From positions 1 to 38,905 of the IMG/VR virus record IMGVR_UViG_3300037483_000881: DNA of 38,905 nucleotides. One strand, 5' to 3'. Every line of letters starts with the position of its first letter. Positions within the stretch are counted from its first letter, which is position 1. A program made the position numbers and the translations under genes. Source of the stretch: a virus (Duplodnaviria; Caudoviricetes). Below the pieces are notes generated by a model, which did not search any database, had not been told where the DNA came from, and saw nothing but the letters and a program-made list of their open reading frames with translations. This document shows positions 24,933 through 32,995 of this stretch, in pieces.

Positions 24933-25262
24933 ATGAGTGACGATACCAAGAGTGAAGCGAAGGCGGCCCTGACCAGGGAGGAAGTGAACGCTATGGTAGG
25001 CGCGGTGCTGGCCCTCGTCCCCGTCCTGGTTCGCGCGGCGCAACGGGAGTTCGGGTCTCTGTGGGAGCGGGGGGACGTGGCCACGAAGACCGGCCTCACG
25101 GGGGTGCTGGCGATGGCCTGCCTGGTCATAGGGGAGCAGACTGCGGAGGAGGTCGGGCTGACGGACACCGGGCGTGCGGTCGTGACCGAGGCCCGGGTCC
25201 GGCTCGCCGCTGGGTTCACCGCGTTCAGGGCGGATGGGGGACCCCGTGTCGTCATCCCCTAG
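24933..25262 (+). CDS. Hypothetical protein
   Basis: GGGAG RBS; 109 aa. Confidence 0.7.
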   Translation: MSDDTKSEAKAALTREEVNAMVGAVLALVPVLVRAAQREFGSLWERGDVATKTGLTGVLAMACLVIGEQTAEEVGLTDTGRAVVTEARVRLAAGFTAFRADGGPRVVIP

Positions 25263-26397
25263 CGCACACGCGCACCTAGGCCCCAGCGCTGCGGCCAGGT
25301 GGATGGCCTGCCCCGGTTCGGTCGGGCTCCAGGCCACCTTCCCGGACCGAACGAGCGAGCCAGCGGCGACCGGGACCCTGCTCCACGAAATCCTCGCGAC
25401 CTCCTTGCTCACCCCGGACGTGGGTATTCTGGAGGTCCCGGGGGACACGTTCACAATCGGTGAGTTCACTATTGAGCTTACCGAGGAGATGCTCGGGCAC
25501 GTCCAGAAGGCGATGGACTGGGTGAACCTGTATCGTGCTGCGGTCCCCAATGCGAGGGTGCACACGGAGCAGCGGTCGAACGTGGGCGAGTTCTTCGGGT
25601 GCCCGGACGACCTGTGGGGAACGGCGGACATCGTGCTCACAGGCCCGGACGAGCTGGTAGTCGCTGACTTCAAGTCCGGTTTCGAGGAGGTGGATTCCGA
25701 GGAGAACCCCCAAATCAGTCTCTACGCCATCGGCCTGGCCCACGCCGCGGGGTGGCCCTGGGAGCGCTACAAGCTCGTCATCCTCCAGCCCCGCAGCTCA
25801 CAGCCCGTGAAGGTGGAGGTGTTGACCAGGGACCAGCTCAAGGCTCGTGCCGAGAAGTACCGGCCCCTCGTAGAACGCGCCCTGCTGCCCGGCCAGGCCC
25901 TCGTGCCTACCGAGGCAGGGTGCCGCTGGTGCCGCGCGGCCGGGGCCTGCCCGGAGCTGGCCAAGCGCTCCCTGGTCCTGGCGCAGCGGGAGTTCAGCAC
26001 CCCGCAGCTCATCACGCGGGAACAGCTCGCCAGCGTCCTGGCGCAGGCGGGCATGGTTCGCAAGGCGCTGGACGCGTGCGAGCAGTACGCGCACCAGCTC
26101 CTCGCAACGGGCGCGGCGGACCCGTCGGAGCTGGGGTACAAGCTCGTGCTGTCCAAGCGCCACCGGGCGTGGAAGGACGAAGGCGCGGTCGCGGTTACGC
26201 TGTCCCTACTCACGGAGCCCGAGAATCTGTACGAGCCGATGACGCTCCGTTCACCCGCACAAATGGAGAAGCTGCTGAAACTGAAACCGAAGACCCTGGA
26301 CGCGCTGGCGCCAGCACCCCCGGGTAACCCAGTCCTGGCGCCGCTCGACGACGCACGGCCGGCGCTTCCGGCCGATTTCAAGCAAGAGGAGGAGTAA
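25246..26397 (+). CDS. DUF2800-type Cas4-like PD-(D/E)xK exonuclease
   Basis: 'HAHLGPSAAARWMACPGS', 'GTLLH', 'GTAD', 'DFKSG', 'Q..LYA.G', 'QPR', 'CRWC....C'. Start uncertain (25234 or 25246). Confidence 0.88.
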   Translation: MSSSPSAHAHLGPSAAARWMACPGSVGLQATFPDRTSEPAATGTLLHEILATSLLTPDVGILEVPGDTFTIGEFTIELTEEMLGHVQKAMDWVNLYRAAVPNARVHTEQRSNVGEFFGCPDDLWGTADIVLTGPDELVVADFKSGFEEVDSEENPQISLYAIGLAHAAGWPWERYKLVILQPRSSQPVKVEVLTRDQLKARAEKYRPLVERALLPGQALVPTEAGCRWCRAAGACPELAKRSLVLAQREFSTPQLITREQLASVLAQAGMVRKALDACEQYAHQLLATGAADPSELGYKLVLSKRHRAWKDEGAVAVTLSLLTEPENLYEPMTLRSPAQMEKLLKLKPKTLDALAPAPPGNPVLAPLDDARPALPADFKQEEE

Positions 26398-26400
26398 GCC

Positions 26401-26991
26401 ATGGCAAAGGTTGCGAAGACCCAGGTTCTCCCGCCCGCAGTGGGCGTGTACGTCTCCCTGTTCACCCCGCGGGACCCGCCCGCCGGGTCGAAGGGGAAGC
26501 CCCGGTACAGCCTGGTGTTGCTGTACCCGAAGTCGAAGCCGGAGGTGCTGGACGGCTTCCGCAAGGCCGCGCTGGAGGTCGCCGAGGCCAAGTGGCCCGG
26601 CAAGGGCGCGAGCGTCGTCAAGCGCATGAAGTGGCCCATCATCGCGGACGGCGACGAGCGATACCCGGATGACCCGACGTTCGCCGGGATGCTGTTCATC
26701 CGGGCGTCCACCCAGGCCGACCCGCAGCGCCGCCCGCCGGGCGTCGTGAACGCGCAGGCCAAGGTCGTCATGGACGACGGGGAGGCGTACAGCGGGTGTA
26801 CCTTCCGCACGAGCGTGCGGCTGTTCCCCTTCGACACCGCCGGCAGCGCCGGGGTGGGGGTGGGCCTGAACAACGTCCAGGTCGTTCGCCAGGGCGTGCG
26901 TCTCGACGGGCGCAAGAACGCGGAGGACGAGTTCAAGGAGTTTGCGGAGCCCGAGGACGCCGCGGGAGGTGGCGGGGAGTCGTTGCTCTAG
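26401..26991 (+). CDS. Phage ssDNA-binding protein (DUF2815 type)
   Basis: 'YS..LL.PK', 'DGD', 'YSGC', 'GV..GLNNVQ', acidic tail; lies between the nuclease and PolA. Confidence 0.88.
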   Translation: MAKVAKTQVLPPAVGVYVSLFTPRDPPAGSKGKPRYSLVLLYPKSKPEVLDGFRKAALEVAEAKWPGKGASVVKRMKWPIIADGDERYPDDPTFAGMLFIRASTQADPQRRPPGVVNAQAKVVMDDGEAYSGCTFRTSVRLFPFDTAGSAGVGVGLNNVQVVRQGVRLDGRKNAEDEFKEFAEPEDAAGGGGESLL

Positions 26992-26994
26992 GGA

Positions 26995-27074
26995 TTCACG
27001 GGTCGAGTGCCGCAGGCTGCCCCCAAGGGACCCGTGGACTTGGGGGCAGGATGGAGTGCTCAACCCGCAGTGAA
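26995..27074 (+). promoter_or_regulatory. Long interrupted stem-loop after ssb
   Basis: 11-bp core CTGCCCCCAAG/CTTGGGGGCAG, middle GGGTCGAGTGC/GTGCTCAACCC, base TTCAC/GTGAA. Confidence 0.7.
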
Positions 27075-27088
27075 CGGAGGAGTCGGAA

Positions 27089-27340
27089 ATGCCCCCCAAT
27101 GGTGACGTGCTGGACTATATGGAGCGCCCTCAAGCCCCGCCCCGGGACCGGCGGGTCCGGTGGGAAGACCTCGAAATGCTGGCCCCAGAAGACCCGGAGC
27201 GGGGGCAGGCCCCCGGGCAAACCATGGAGGACGTTCACTCCCTGGCCCGGTCCACCGGGTGCTGCGGTTGCTATTGTCACCACAGCCCCGCGTGCCCGCC
27301 GTGCGAGTGCCAGTTTCACAACCCGTTCGTCGAGGAGTGA
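27089..27340 (+). CDS. Small protein with Cys/His-rich C-terminus
   Basis: GGAGGAG RBS; 'CCGCYCHHSPACPPCECQFH'. Confidence 0.7.
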   Translation: MPPNGDVLDYMERPQAPPRDRRVRWEDLEMLAPEDPERGQAPGQTMEDVHSLARSTGCCGCYCHHSPACPPCECQFHNPFVEE

Positions 27341-27344
27341 GGCC

Positions 27345-29255
27345 ATGGCGGAGCTGTTCCTAGATTTCGAGACGCGCAGCCGCGCGGAGCTGAAACGGGT
27401 CGGGGCGTACCGTTACGCGGAGGACCCCAGCACGGAGGCCCTGTGCGCGAGCTACGCGCTGGACGACGGGCCGCTGCGGACGTGGCGCCCGAACGATTCA
27501 GGCGCGAGCCGGGAATGGCTCCGCATGGCGGCGGACCCGCACGGCCCCCTGGTGGTCGCGCACAACGCAGAATTTGAACAGCTCGTCCTGAAACACCGCT
27601 TCGGCCTGGACCTCCCCGCGTCGCGCTTCCGCTGCACCGCGGCGCAGGCCGCCCGCTGCGGGCTGCCGCGGTCCCTCGACAAGGCCGGCGTAGCCCTGGG
27701 GCTCCAGCACCAAAAGGACGCCACGGGCGGGCACCGGCTCCTCGGGAAGTTGTCGAAGCCGCGCAAGGGCGGGGACTTCTGGGAGCGCGGGGAGGCGTCC
27801 GAGGACTTCGACGCGCTGGAGGAGTACAACGCCGGGGACGTGCTCACGATGCGCGACCTTCGGCGGGTCCTGCCCGTCCTCTCGGACACGGAGGAAGCGC
27901 TCTGGGACCTGACGTGCCGGATGAACGCCCGCGGGATGGCCGTGGACACGGAGGCCGTGGCGAAAGCGAAGGTCTGGGCGGACGCGGACACGGCCCGGCT
28001 CGCCGCGCGCTGGTTCGAGCTGACGGGGGTCCCGGCCAACTCCCCGAAGGCCGCTGCGGCCCTGGGGATGTCCTCCGTCGCGAAGGTCCACGTGCGGCAC
28101 GCGCTCAAGCGCCGCGACCTCTCCCCGCGCCTCCGGGAGGCCCTGGAGGTCCGCAAGAAGCTGGCGAAGACGAGCGTGCGCAAGCTGGTGGCCTTCCAGC
28201 TCCAGACGTGCCAGGACGGGCGCTACCGCGGCGGGTTCGTGTACGCGGGTGCGGAGCGGACCCTGCGCTGGAGCGGGCGGGGGGTCCAGCCCCAGAATTT
28301 CCCGCGCGGCCTGGGGGAGCTGACGGACATCGCCTTCGACGCGCTGGACCTGGGGTTGCTGGACGTGCTGTTCGGGGACATCCTCTTGACCGTGAGTGAC
28401 ATGCTCAAGGGGTTCCTGGTGGGCGTGCCCAGTTACCTCATCGGCGACTACGGGCAAATCGAGGCCCGCGGCCTGGCCTGGTTAGCGGGGCAGCAAGACC
28501 TCCTCCTGGCTTTCACCGCGGGTGAGGACATCTACTGCCAAATGGCGAGCGCCATATACGGGCACGAGGTCACGAAAAAGGACTATGACGAGCAGTTACA
28601 CATCGCGAAGCGGCAGCTCGGGAAAATTGCGGTGCTGGGGTGCGGGTACGGCCTCGGGGGCGCCAAGTTCCAAGCCCAAATGGATGCCAACTTCGACGTA
28701 GCTATCAGTGAAGAAAAGGCGTACGAGGTCGTGAACACGTATCGGGACCGCTACCCGAAGATTCCCGCGTTTTGGAACCGGCTCCAGCGGTTTTTCGAGC
28801 AGGCCGTCGCCCAGCGCGCAGCGTCCATCGGGGCCCCAGGGTGGCCCTTCCAGGCGGGGGTCCGGACGTTCGGGGGCAAGCGCTTCGCGTTCATCATGCT
28901 TCCGAGCGGGCGCCCAATCTACTACTTCGACCCCGTGTCCGGGGAAGACGGGGTGTCCTACTTCGGTCGGAACGTCTACGCGGGCGGGCGGTGGGAGCAG
29001 CTGCGCGCGACGTACGGAGGGAAGCTGACGGAGAACGTGGTTCAGGCGGTGAGCCGGGACGCCATGGCGGAGGCGATGCTCCGCCTGGACCGGGCCGGCT
29101 TCCCTATCGTGGGCACGGTACACGATGAAATCGTGGTCGAGGCCCCAGCGGACGGGCTGCGTGAGTTCAACGACTTGATGTCCCGCCGGCCGGAGTGGGC
29201 GCAGGAGCTGCCGCTTGTGGTAGAGTCCTTCGCATCGAGGAGGTATCGGAAATGA
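27345..29255 (+). CDS. polA: Family A DNA polymerase with 3'-5' exonuclease
   Basis: Start at ATG 27345. Exo motifs 'DFET', 'HNAEFE', 'YNAGD'; motif A 'DYGQIEAR', motif B 'RQLGKIAVLGCGYG', motif C 'VHDE'. Confidence 0.95.
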   Translation: MAELFLDFETRSRAELKRVGAYRYAEDPSTEALCASYALDDGPLRTWRPNDSGASREWLRMAADPHGPLVVAHNAEFEQLVLKHRFGLDLPASRFRCTAAQAARCGLPRSLDKAGVALGLQHQKDATGGHRLLGKLSKPRKGGDFWERGEASEDFDALEEYNAGDVLTMRDLRRVLPVLSDTEEALWDLTCRMNARGMAVDTEAVAKAKVWADADTARLAARWFELTGVPANSPKAAAALGMSSVAKVHVRHALKRRDLSPRLREALEVRKKLAKTSVRKLVAFQLQTCQDGRYRGGFVYAGAERTLRWSGRGVQPQNFPRGLGELTDIAFDALDLGLLDVLFGDILLTVSDMLKGFLVGVPSYLIGDYGQIEARGLAWLAGQQDLLLAFTAGEDIYCQMASAIYGHEVTKKDYDEQLHIAKRQLGKIAVLGCGYGLGGAKFQAQMDANFDVAISEEKAYEVVNTYRDRYPKIPAFWNRLQRFFEQAVAQRAASIGAPGWPFQAGVRTFGGKRFAFIMLPSGRPIYYFDPVSGEDGVSYFGRNVYAGGRWEQLRATYGGKLTENVVQAVSRDAMAEAMLRLDRAGFPIVGTVHDEIVVEAPADGLREFNDLMSRRPEWAQELPLVVESFASRRYRK

Positions 29256-29350
29256 CGCGCGAAACGCTGGTCCTGCTCCTCTACGCTTCGGGGAGCCTGT
29301 GCTTCCTGGCCGGTTCCCTGCTCTCTCTCGCGGCGCGGGTGTGGCGATGA
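29252..29350 (+). CDS. Small membrane peptide (32 aa)
   Basis: ATGA overlaps at both ends; MTRETLVLLLYASGSLCFLAGSLLSLAARVWR. Confidence 0.65.
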   Translation: MTRETLVLLLYASGSLCFLAGSLLSLAARVWR

Positions 29351-29796
29351 GAGCAGACCCGTTGGACCTCGCGTCGGACCCAATCTGGGGGCGCTTTTGT
29401 CTCGCGGCGGACCCGAACAGCACACCCTGGCTCCAGAGGCAGGCGAAGCGGGCCCGTCAGAATCGGTGGGTTAAGGTGAAGCGGAAGCAGGTAGCCCTGG
29501 AGTCGGCCGTGGAGGAAGCGTGCTGCGCGCTGCTGCGCGAGCACGGGTGCCTGGCTCTCAAGTTCGGGAAGGAAGGCTGGCCTGACCGGCTCGTCCTCCT
29601 CGGAAACGGGTTTCACGTGTGGTTCGAGTTCAAGCGGGCGAAGTTCGGGGGCCTGACCCCGGCGCAGCGCAGGCGCATCCCGGCGCTGCGGAAGGCGGGC
29701 GAGCTGGTCTTCATCGTGAAGGACGCGCACACGGGCCTGGTGGAAGCCCTGAACGCGCGGAAGGCCCTTCCCACCATGAACCGGGAGCTTGTATGA
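29347..29796 (+). CDS. VRR-NUC nuclease (Holliday-junction resolvase-like)
   Basis: 'LES.VE', 'GWPDRL', 'FEFK', 'LTPAQ'. Confidence 0.88.
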   Translation: MRADPLDLASDPIWGRFCLAADPNSTPWLQRQAKRARQNRWVKVKRKQVALESAVEEACCALLREHGCLALKFGKEGWPDRLVLLGNGFHVWFEFKRAKFGGLTPAQRRRIPALRKAGELVFIVKDAHTGLVEALNARKALPTMNRELV

Positions 29797-30236
29797 GGGT
29801 ATACGTAGCGTCAAAGTTCAGCAGAGCGGAGGAGGTCAAGGAAATCATCCGCATGCTGGAGCGGCAAGGTCACCACGTCACGGTGGACTGGACCGTCCAC
29901 TCGTGCGCCGGGGACATCGGGCCAGGCTTGCAGGACAAGCTGGTACACTTCGCGCAGCTGGACCGGGACGGGGTGCGCACGGCGGACGCGCTCATCATGT
30001 TGCAGGACGACGCGTCCCGGGGCGGATTCTGTGAACTGGGGATGGCCCTGGCCTGGGGCAAGCTGGTGCTGGTGGTCGGGGGCCGCACGAGCTACCCGCA
30101 CCGCGCGCCTATCTTCTACGCGCTCCCGGAGGCGCATCACTTCGAGTATGCTGCTGACGCGGTGGCGTGGTTGACGTGGTTGGACTCCGTGTTCGCGGAG
30201 AAAACCGACGAGCAGGTGCGCGAGGTATCACGATGA
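29793..30236 (+). CDS. Nucleoside 2'-deoxyribosyltransferase / N-glycosidase-like protein
   Basis: Start ATG 29793; 'VYVAS', 'D..GV..AD', 'GG..ELGMALA.GK'. Confidence 0.8.
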   Translation: MRVYVASKFSRAEEVKEIIRMLERQGHHVTVDWTVHSCAGDIGPGLQDKLVHFAQLDRDGVRTADALIMLQDDASRGGFCELGMALAWGKLVLVVGGRTSYPHRAPIFYALPEAHHFEYAADAVAWLTWLDSVFAEKTDEQVREVSR

Positions 30237-30937
30237 GTGACGACACCAGGAAGGAACGGAAGCTCCTCCGGCCGCTCCCCGCGAACGGGGCCGCGCGCAA
30301 GCGCATCCCCATCGTGACCGGGCTCCTGGACTACTTCCCTGCCGCCCTCGCCGCGGTGGCCGAGGTTTCGGTTAAGGGGAACGAGAAGCACAACCCCGGG
30401 CAGCCCCTCCATCACAGCCGGGGCAAGAGCAACGACCACGCAGACGCCGCGGGCCGGCACCTCATGGAGCGCGGGAGCATCGACCCCGACACGGGCTGCC
30501 GCCACTCGGCGGAACTGGCCTGGCGTGCGCTCGCGCTCTTGCAGGAGGAGCTGGAGCAGGCCGGGGAAGCCCCGCTGGCTCGGGGTGCCTTCTCGCCGGC
30601 CGTGCCCCCGACCCCGCCCACGGGGATAAGCTCCACCTTCCCAGACCCCGAGGCCGGGTCGAAGGGGGACGAATTGCTGCGGGCCGTGGAGCGGCGCATC
30701 GCGGAGGCCGAGCGCGCGTGCGCGGCAAGCGCCGGCCAGCTGTACTACTGGGGCCAGGCATCCGAGGCCCCCGGGGCCAAGCTCCGGCCCTCGGGCGGCG
30801 GGGGCCTCCTCTCGGACATGGAGGCCGAGCATCGGGCCGATGAAGAGGAGGACCGGCGCGACTGGCTCCGGGACCTCCTCGGGCGGGAGCCGAGCAAGCA
30901 AGACCTGGACGCGGCGTTCGGAACCTGGAGACGCTAG
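30233..30937 (+). CDS. dATP/dGTP diphosphohydrolase-like protein (DUF5664 type) with C-terminal extension
   Basis: Start ATG 30233; 'P.AL..VAEVS..G.EKH', 'DA..RHL', 'DPDTG..H....AWRAL'. Confidence 0.8.
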   Translation: MSDDTRKERKLLRPLPANGAARKRIPIVTGLLDYFPAALAAVAEVSVKGNEKHNPGQPLHHSRGKSNDHADAAGRHLMERGSIDPDTGCRHSAELAWRALALLQEELEQAGEAPLARGAFSPAVPPTPPTGISSTFPDPEAGSKGDELLRAVERRIAEAERACAASAGQLYYWGQASEAPGAKLRPSGGGGLLSDMEAEHRADEEEDRRDWLRDLLGREPSKQDLDAAFGTWRR

Positions 30938-30940
30938 GTC

Positions 30941-31159
30941 ATGCCCTGCGCCATGACCACCGCCCTGCTCGGGCGTCCGCCGTACCGCCAGGACGTGCTC
31001 TACTTGTACGGGTTCCAGGTAGACGTCCTGAACGAGTTGTCCCTTGGCACCCGGCTCTGGCAGCAGGGCTACGCTGCGGCGGACCGGGCCCTCGCGGGGT
31101 TCGCCGCACCCCTGCGGCTCCTACAGCAACCCGGTAGTTTCATCTTCTACCCGGAGTAA
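30941..31159 (+). CDS. Hypothetical protein (72 aa)
   Basis: Fills the gap between genes; GGAG upstream. Confidence 0.55.
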   Translation: MPCAMTTALLGRPPYRQDVLYLYGFQVDVLNELSLGTRLWQQGYAAADRALAGFAAPLRLLQQPGSFIFYPE

Positions 31160-31162
31160 ACC

Positions 31163-32605
31163 ATGCGTCCCAAGTCCGCCATGTTCGGATACCAGGCCCT
31201 CGCCGCCGCGGAGGCGGCGAAGCGCCAGCGCCTCGCCATCCTCCTCGAACCAGGGTACGGGAAGACCGTCATCACCGCGACCGCCCTATGCGACCTGGGG
31301 GCCTGGCCCGCCCTGGTGGTCGCCCCAGCGGCGGTGGTCGAGGCGGGGGTCTGGGAGCGCGAGCTTGCGGCTTGGGCGCATACACGCAACGTCACGGTGG
31401 TCCCGCTCGTCGGCCCCGCGCCCAAGCGCGAGCGCCAGCTCGGGCGGGACCCGCCGCACATAGAGGTCGTGAGCTACGAAAACTTGCTGTGGCTCACGGA
31501 CGCCGTGGAGATTGACGCGCGGTACAGGGCCATCGTTTTCGACGAGCTGTCCAAGGTGAAGACCCCCGGGACCAAGCGCTTCCGCCGGATGCGCGGCCGT
31601 GCGGCCAACATCCCGGTCCGGTACGGCCTGACGGGCACGCCCGTGGGAAACCACCTCCTTGACCTCTGGGGGGAGCTGTTCATGGTTGCCGGCCCGGACC
31701 CGCTGGGGCCCACGTTCGGAGCGTTCAAGTCCAAGTATTTCGAGCCGATAGACTACTTCCAGCGGGTGTGGCGCCTCAAGTGCTGCGCGAAGTGCAAGAC
31801 CCCGGACGGGTGCGCGGTGGAGTACCGGGGGCGCTGCGCGTGCCACAAGGCGCAGCTAGCCGACATCCGCGCCCGTGTCAAGCCCTACGTGTACGTGCTG
31901 CCGCCCCAGCCTGCCGTCCAGATTCCCCCGGTCCGGGTCAACCCCGTCCGGGTCACAATGCCCGCGGTCGCGGCCAGGGTGAGCGCGGAGCTGCTGCACC
32001 AGCTCTGGGCGGAGCTGCCGAACGGGGCCGAGCTGGAAGCCCTCTCCAGGTCGAGCGTGGCGGGGAAGCTCCGCCAGCTTGCCGGCGGGGCCGTCTACTT
32101 GGGCAGCCCTGGGGCGCTCGGCGAGGAGGCCGTACAGGAAGGCCCAGCCAAGTGGGAAGAGGTCCACACGGCCAAGCTGGACGCCCTGGACACGCTTCTC
32201 GACGAGCTACAGGGACAGCCTGCCCTCGTGTTCTACCAGTTCCGGCACGAGGCCACGCGCATCAAGCAACGCCTTTCGGGCCGGCGCTGGGCGGACCTGG
32301 CCACGGCCGGGTCCAAGGCCATCGAGGCGTGGAACGCTGGCCAGCTGGAGGTCTTGCTCCTCCACCCCGCTTCGGCCGGGTTCGGTCTGAACCTCCAGGC
32401 GGGCGGACACCACGTCATTTGGTTCGCCCTGCCTTGGTCCTGGGAGCTGTGGAAGCAAGGGAACGGGCGCGTAGCCCGGCCGGGCCAGGCGGCCTCTTGG
32501 GTCACCGCGCATCAACTCCTTTGCGGTCCGGCGGATTCTATGGTAGAGCTTGCGCTCCAGCGGAAGGGCCGCGTGGAACGAGACCTGATAGGAGCCTTAC
32601 TGTGA
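31163..32605 (+). CDS. SNF2-family helicase
   Basis: 'PGYGKT', 'FDELS', 'LTGTP', 'HPASAG.GLNLQ', 'Q.NGRV.R.GQ'. Confidence 0.92.
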   Translation: MRPKSAMFGYQALAAAEAAKRQRLAILLEPGYGKTVITATALCDLGAWPALVVAPAAVVEAGVWERELAAWAHTRNVTVVPLVGPAPKRERQLGRDPPHIEVVSYENLLWLTDAVEIDARYRAIVFDELSKVKTPGTKRFRRMRGRAANIPVRYGLTGTPVGNHLLDLWGELFMVAGPDPLGPTFGAFKSKYFEPIDYFQRVWRLKCCAKCKTPDGCAVEYRGRCACHKAQLADIRARVKPYVYVLPPQPAVQIPPVRVNPVRVTMPAVAARVSAELLHQLWAELPNGAELEALSRSSVAGKLRQLAGGAVYLGSPGALGEEAVQEGPAKWEEVHTAKLDALDTLLDELQGQPALVFYQFRHEATRIKQRLSGRRWADLATAGSKAIEAWNAGQLEVLLLHPASAGFGLNLQAGGHHVIWFALPWSWELWKQGNGRVARPGQAASWVTAHQLLCGPADSMVELALQRKGRVERDLIGALL

Positions 32606-32626
32606 AGACTCTGGAGGCGGCATACC

Positions 32627-32995
32627 ATGTGTTGCGGGCACGCGGAAGAGAGTACACACACTGTGAAGCACCGGGCCAGGAACCGCCGGTTCAGGCGGAG
32701 CGAGAAGGGCCGGGCCGCGCGCCGCCGGTTCATGCGGAGCGAGAAGGGCTTGGCCACGCGGCGCCGGTTCATGCGGAGCGAGAAGGGCTTGGCCACGCGG
32801 CGCCGGCACGACCGGAGCGAGAAGGGCTTGGCCGCGCACCGCCGGTACGACCGGAGCGAGAAGGGCCTGGCCAGGACCCGCCGGTACGACCGGAGCGAGA
32901 AGGGCTTGGCCGCGCACCGCCGGTACAAGCGGGCCCGCCGTGCGGCTGTGCACGCTGCACTTTCTACCACCCCCAAAGCTGAGAGGACGCCATGA
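32627..32995 (+). CDS. Arg-rich protein with six 13-aa RSEKG repeats
   Basis: GGAGG RBS; stop overlaps the next ATG. Confidence 0.65.
   Translation: MCCGHAEESTHTVKHRARNRRFRRSEKGRAARRRFMRSEKGLATRRRFMRSEKGLATRRRHDRSEKGLAAHRRYDRSEKGLARTRRYDRSEKGLAAHRRYKRARRAAVHAALSTTPKAERTP
32684..32930. repeat. 39-bp coding tandem repeat, 6 units
   Basis: CGGAGCGAGAAGGGC at 32696, 32735, 32774, 32813, 32852 and 32891. Confidence 0.95.

Noticed and set aside
25246-26397. Cas4 as evidence of a CRISPR-Cas system
   Set aside because: It is a standard DUF2800-type nuclease in a nuclease-SSB-PolA module; no other cas genes or arrays are present.
26796-27344. N-terminal extension of PolA as given in the ORF track (819 aa)
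   Set aside because: It overlaps ssb, a hairpin and a separate small gene; the exonuclease domain begins right after ATG 27345, which has its own RBS.
32684-32930. 39-bp periodic array as a mini-CRISPR
   Set aside because: The intervening segments are near-identical, the period is a multiple of 3, and it sits in an ORF with an RBS and coupled stop.
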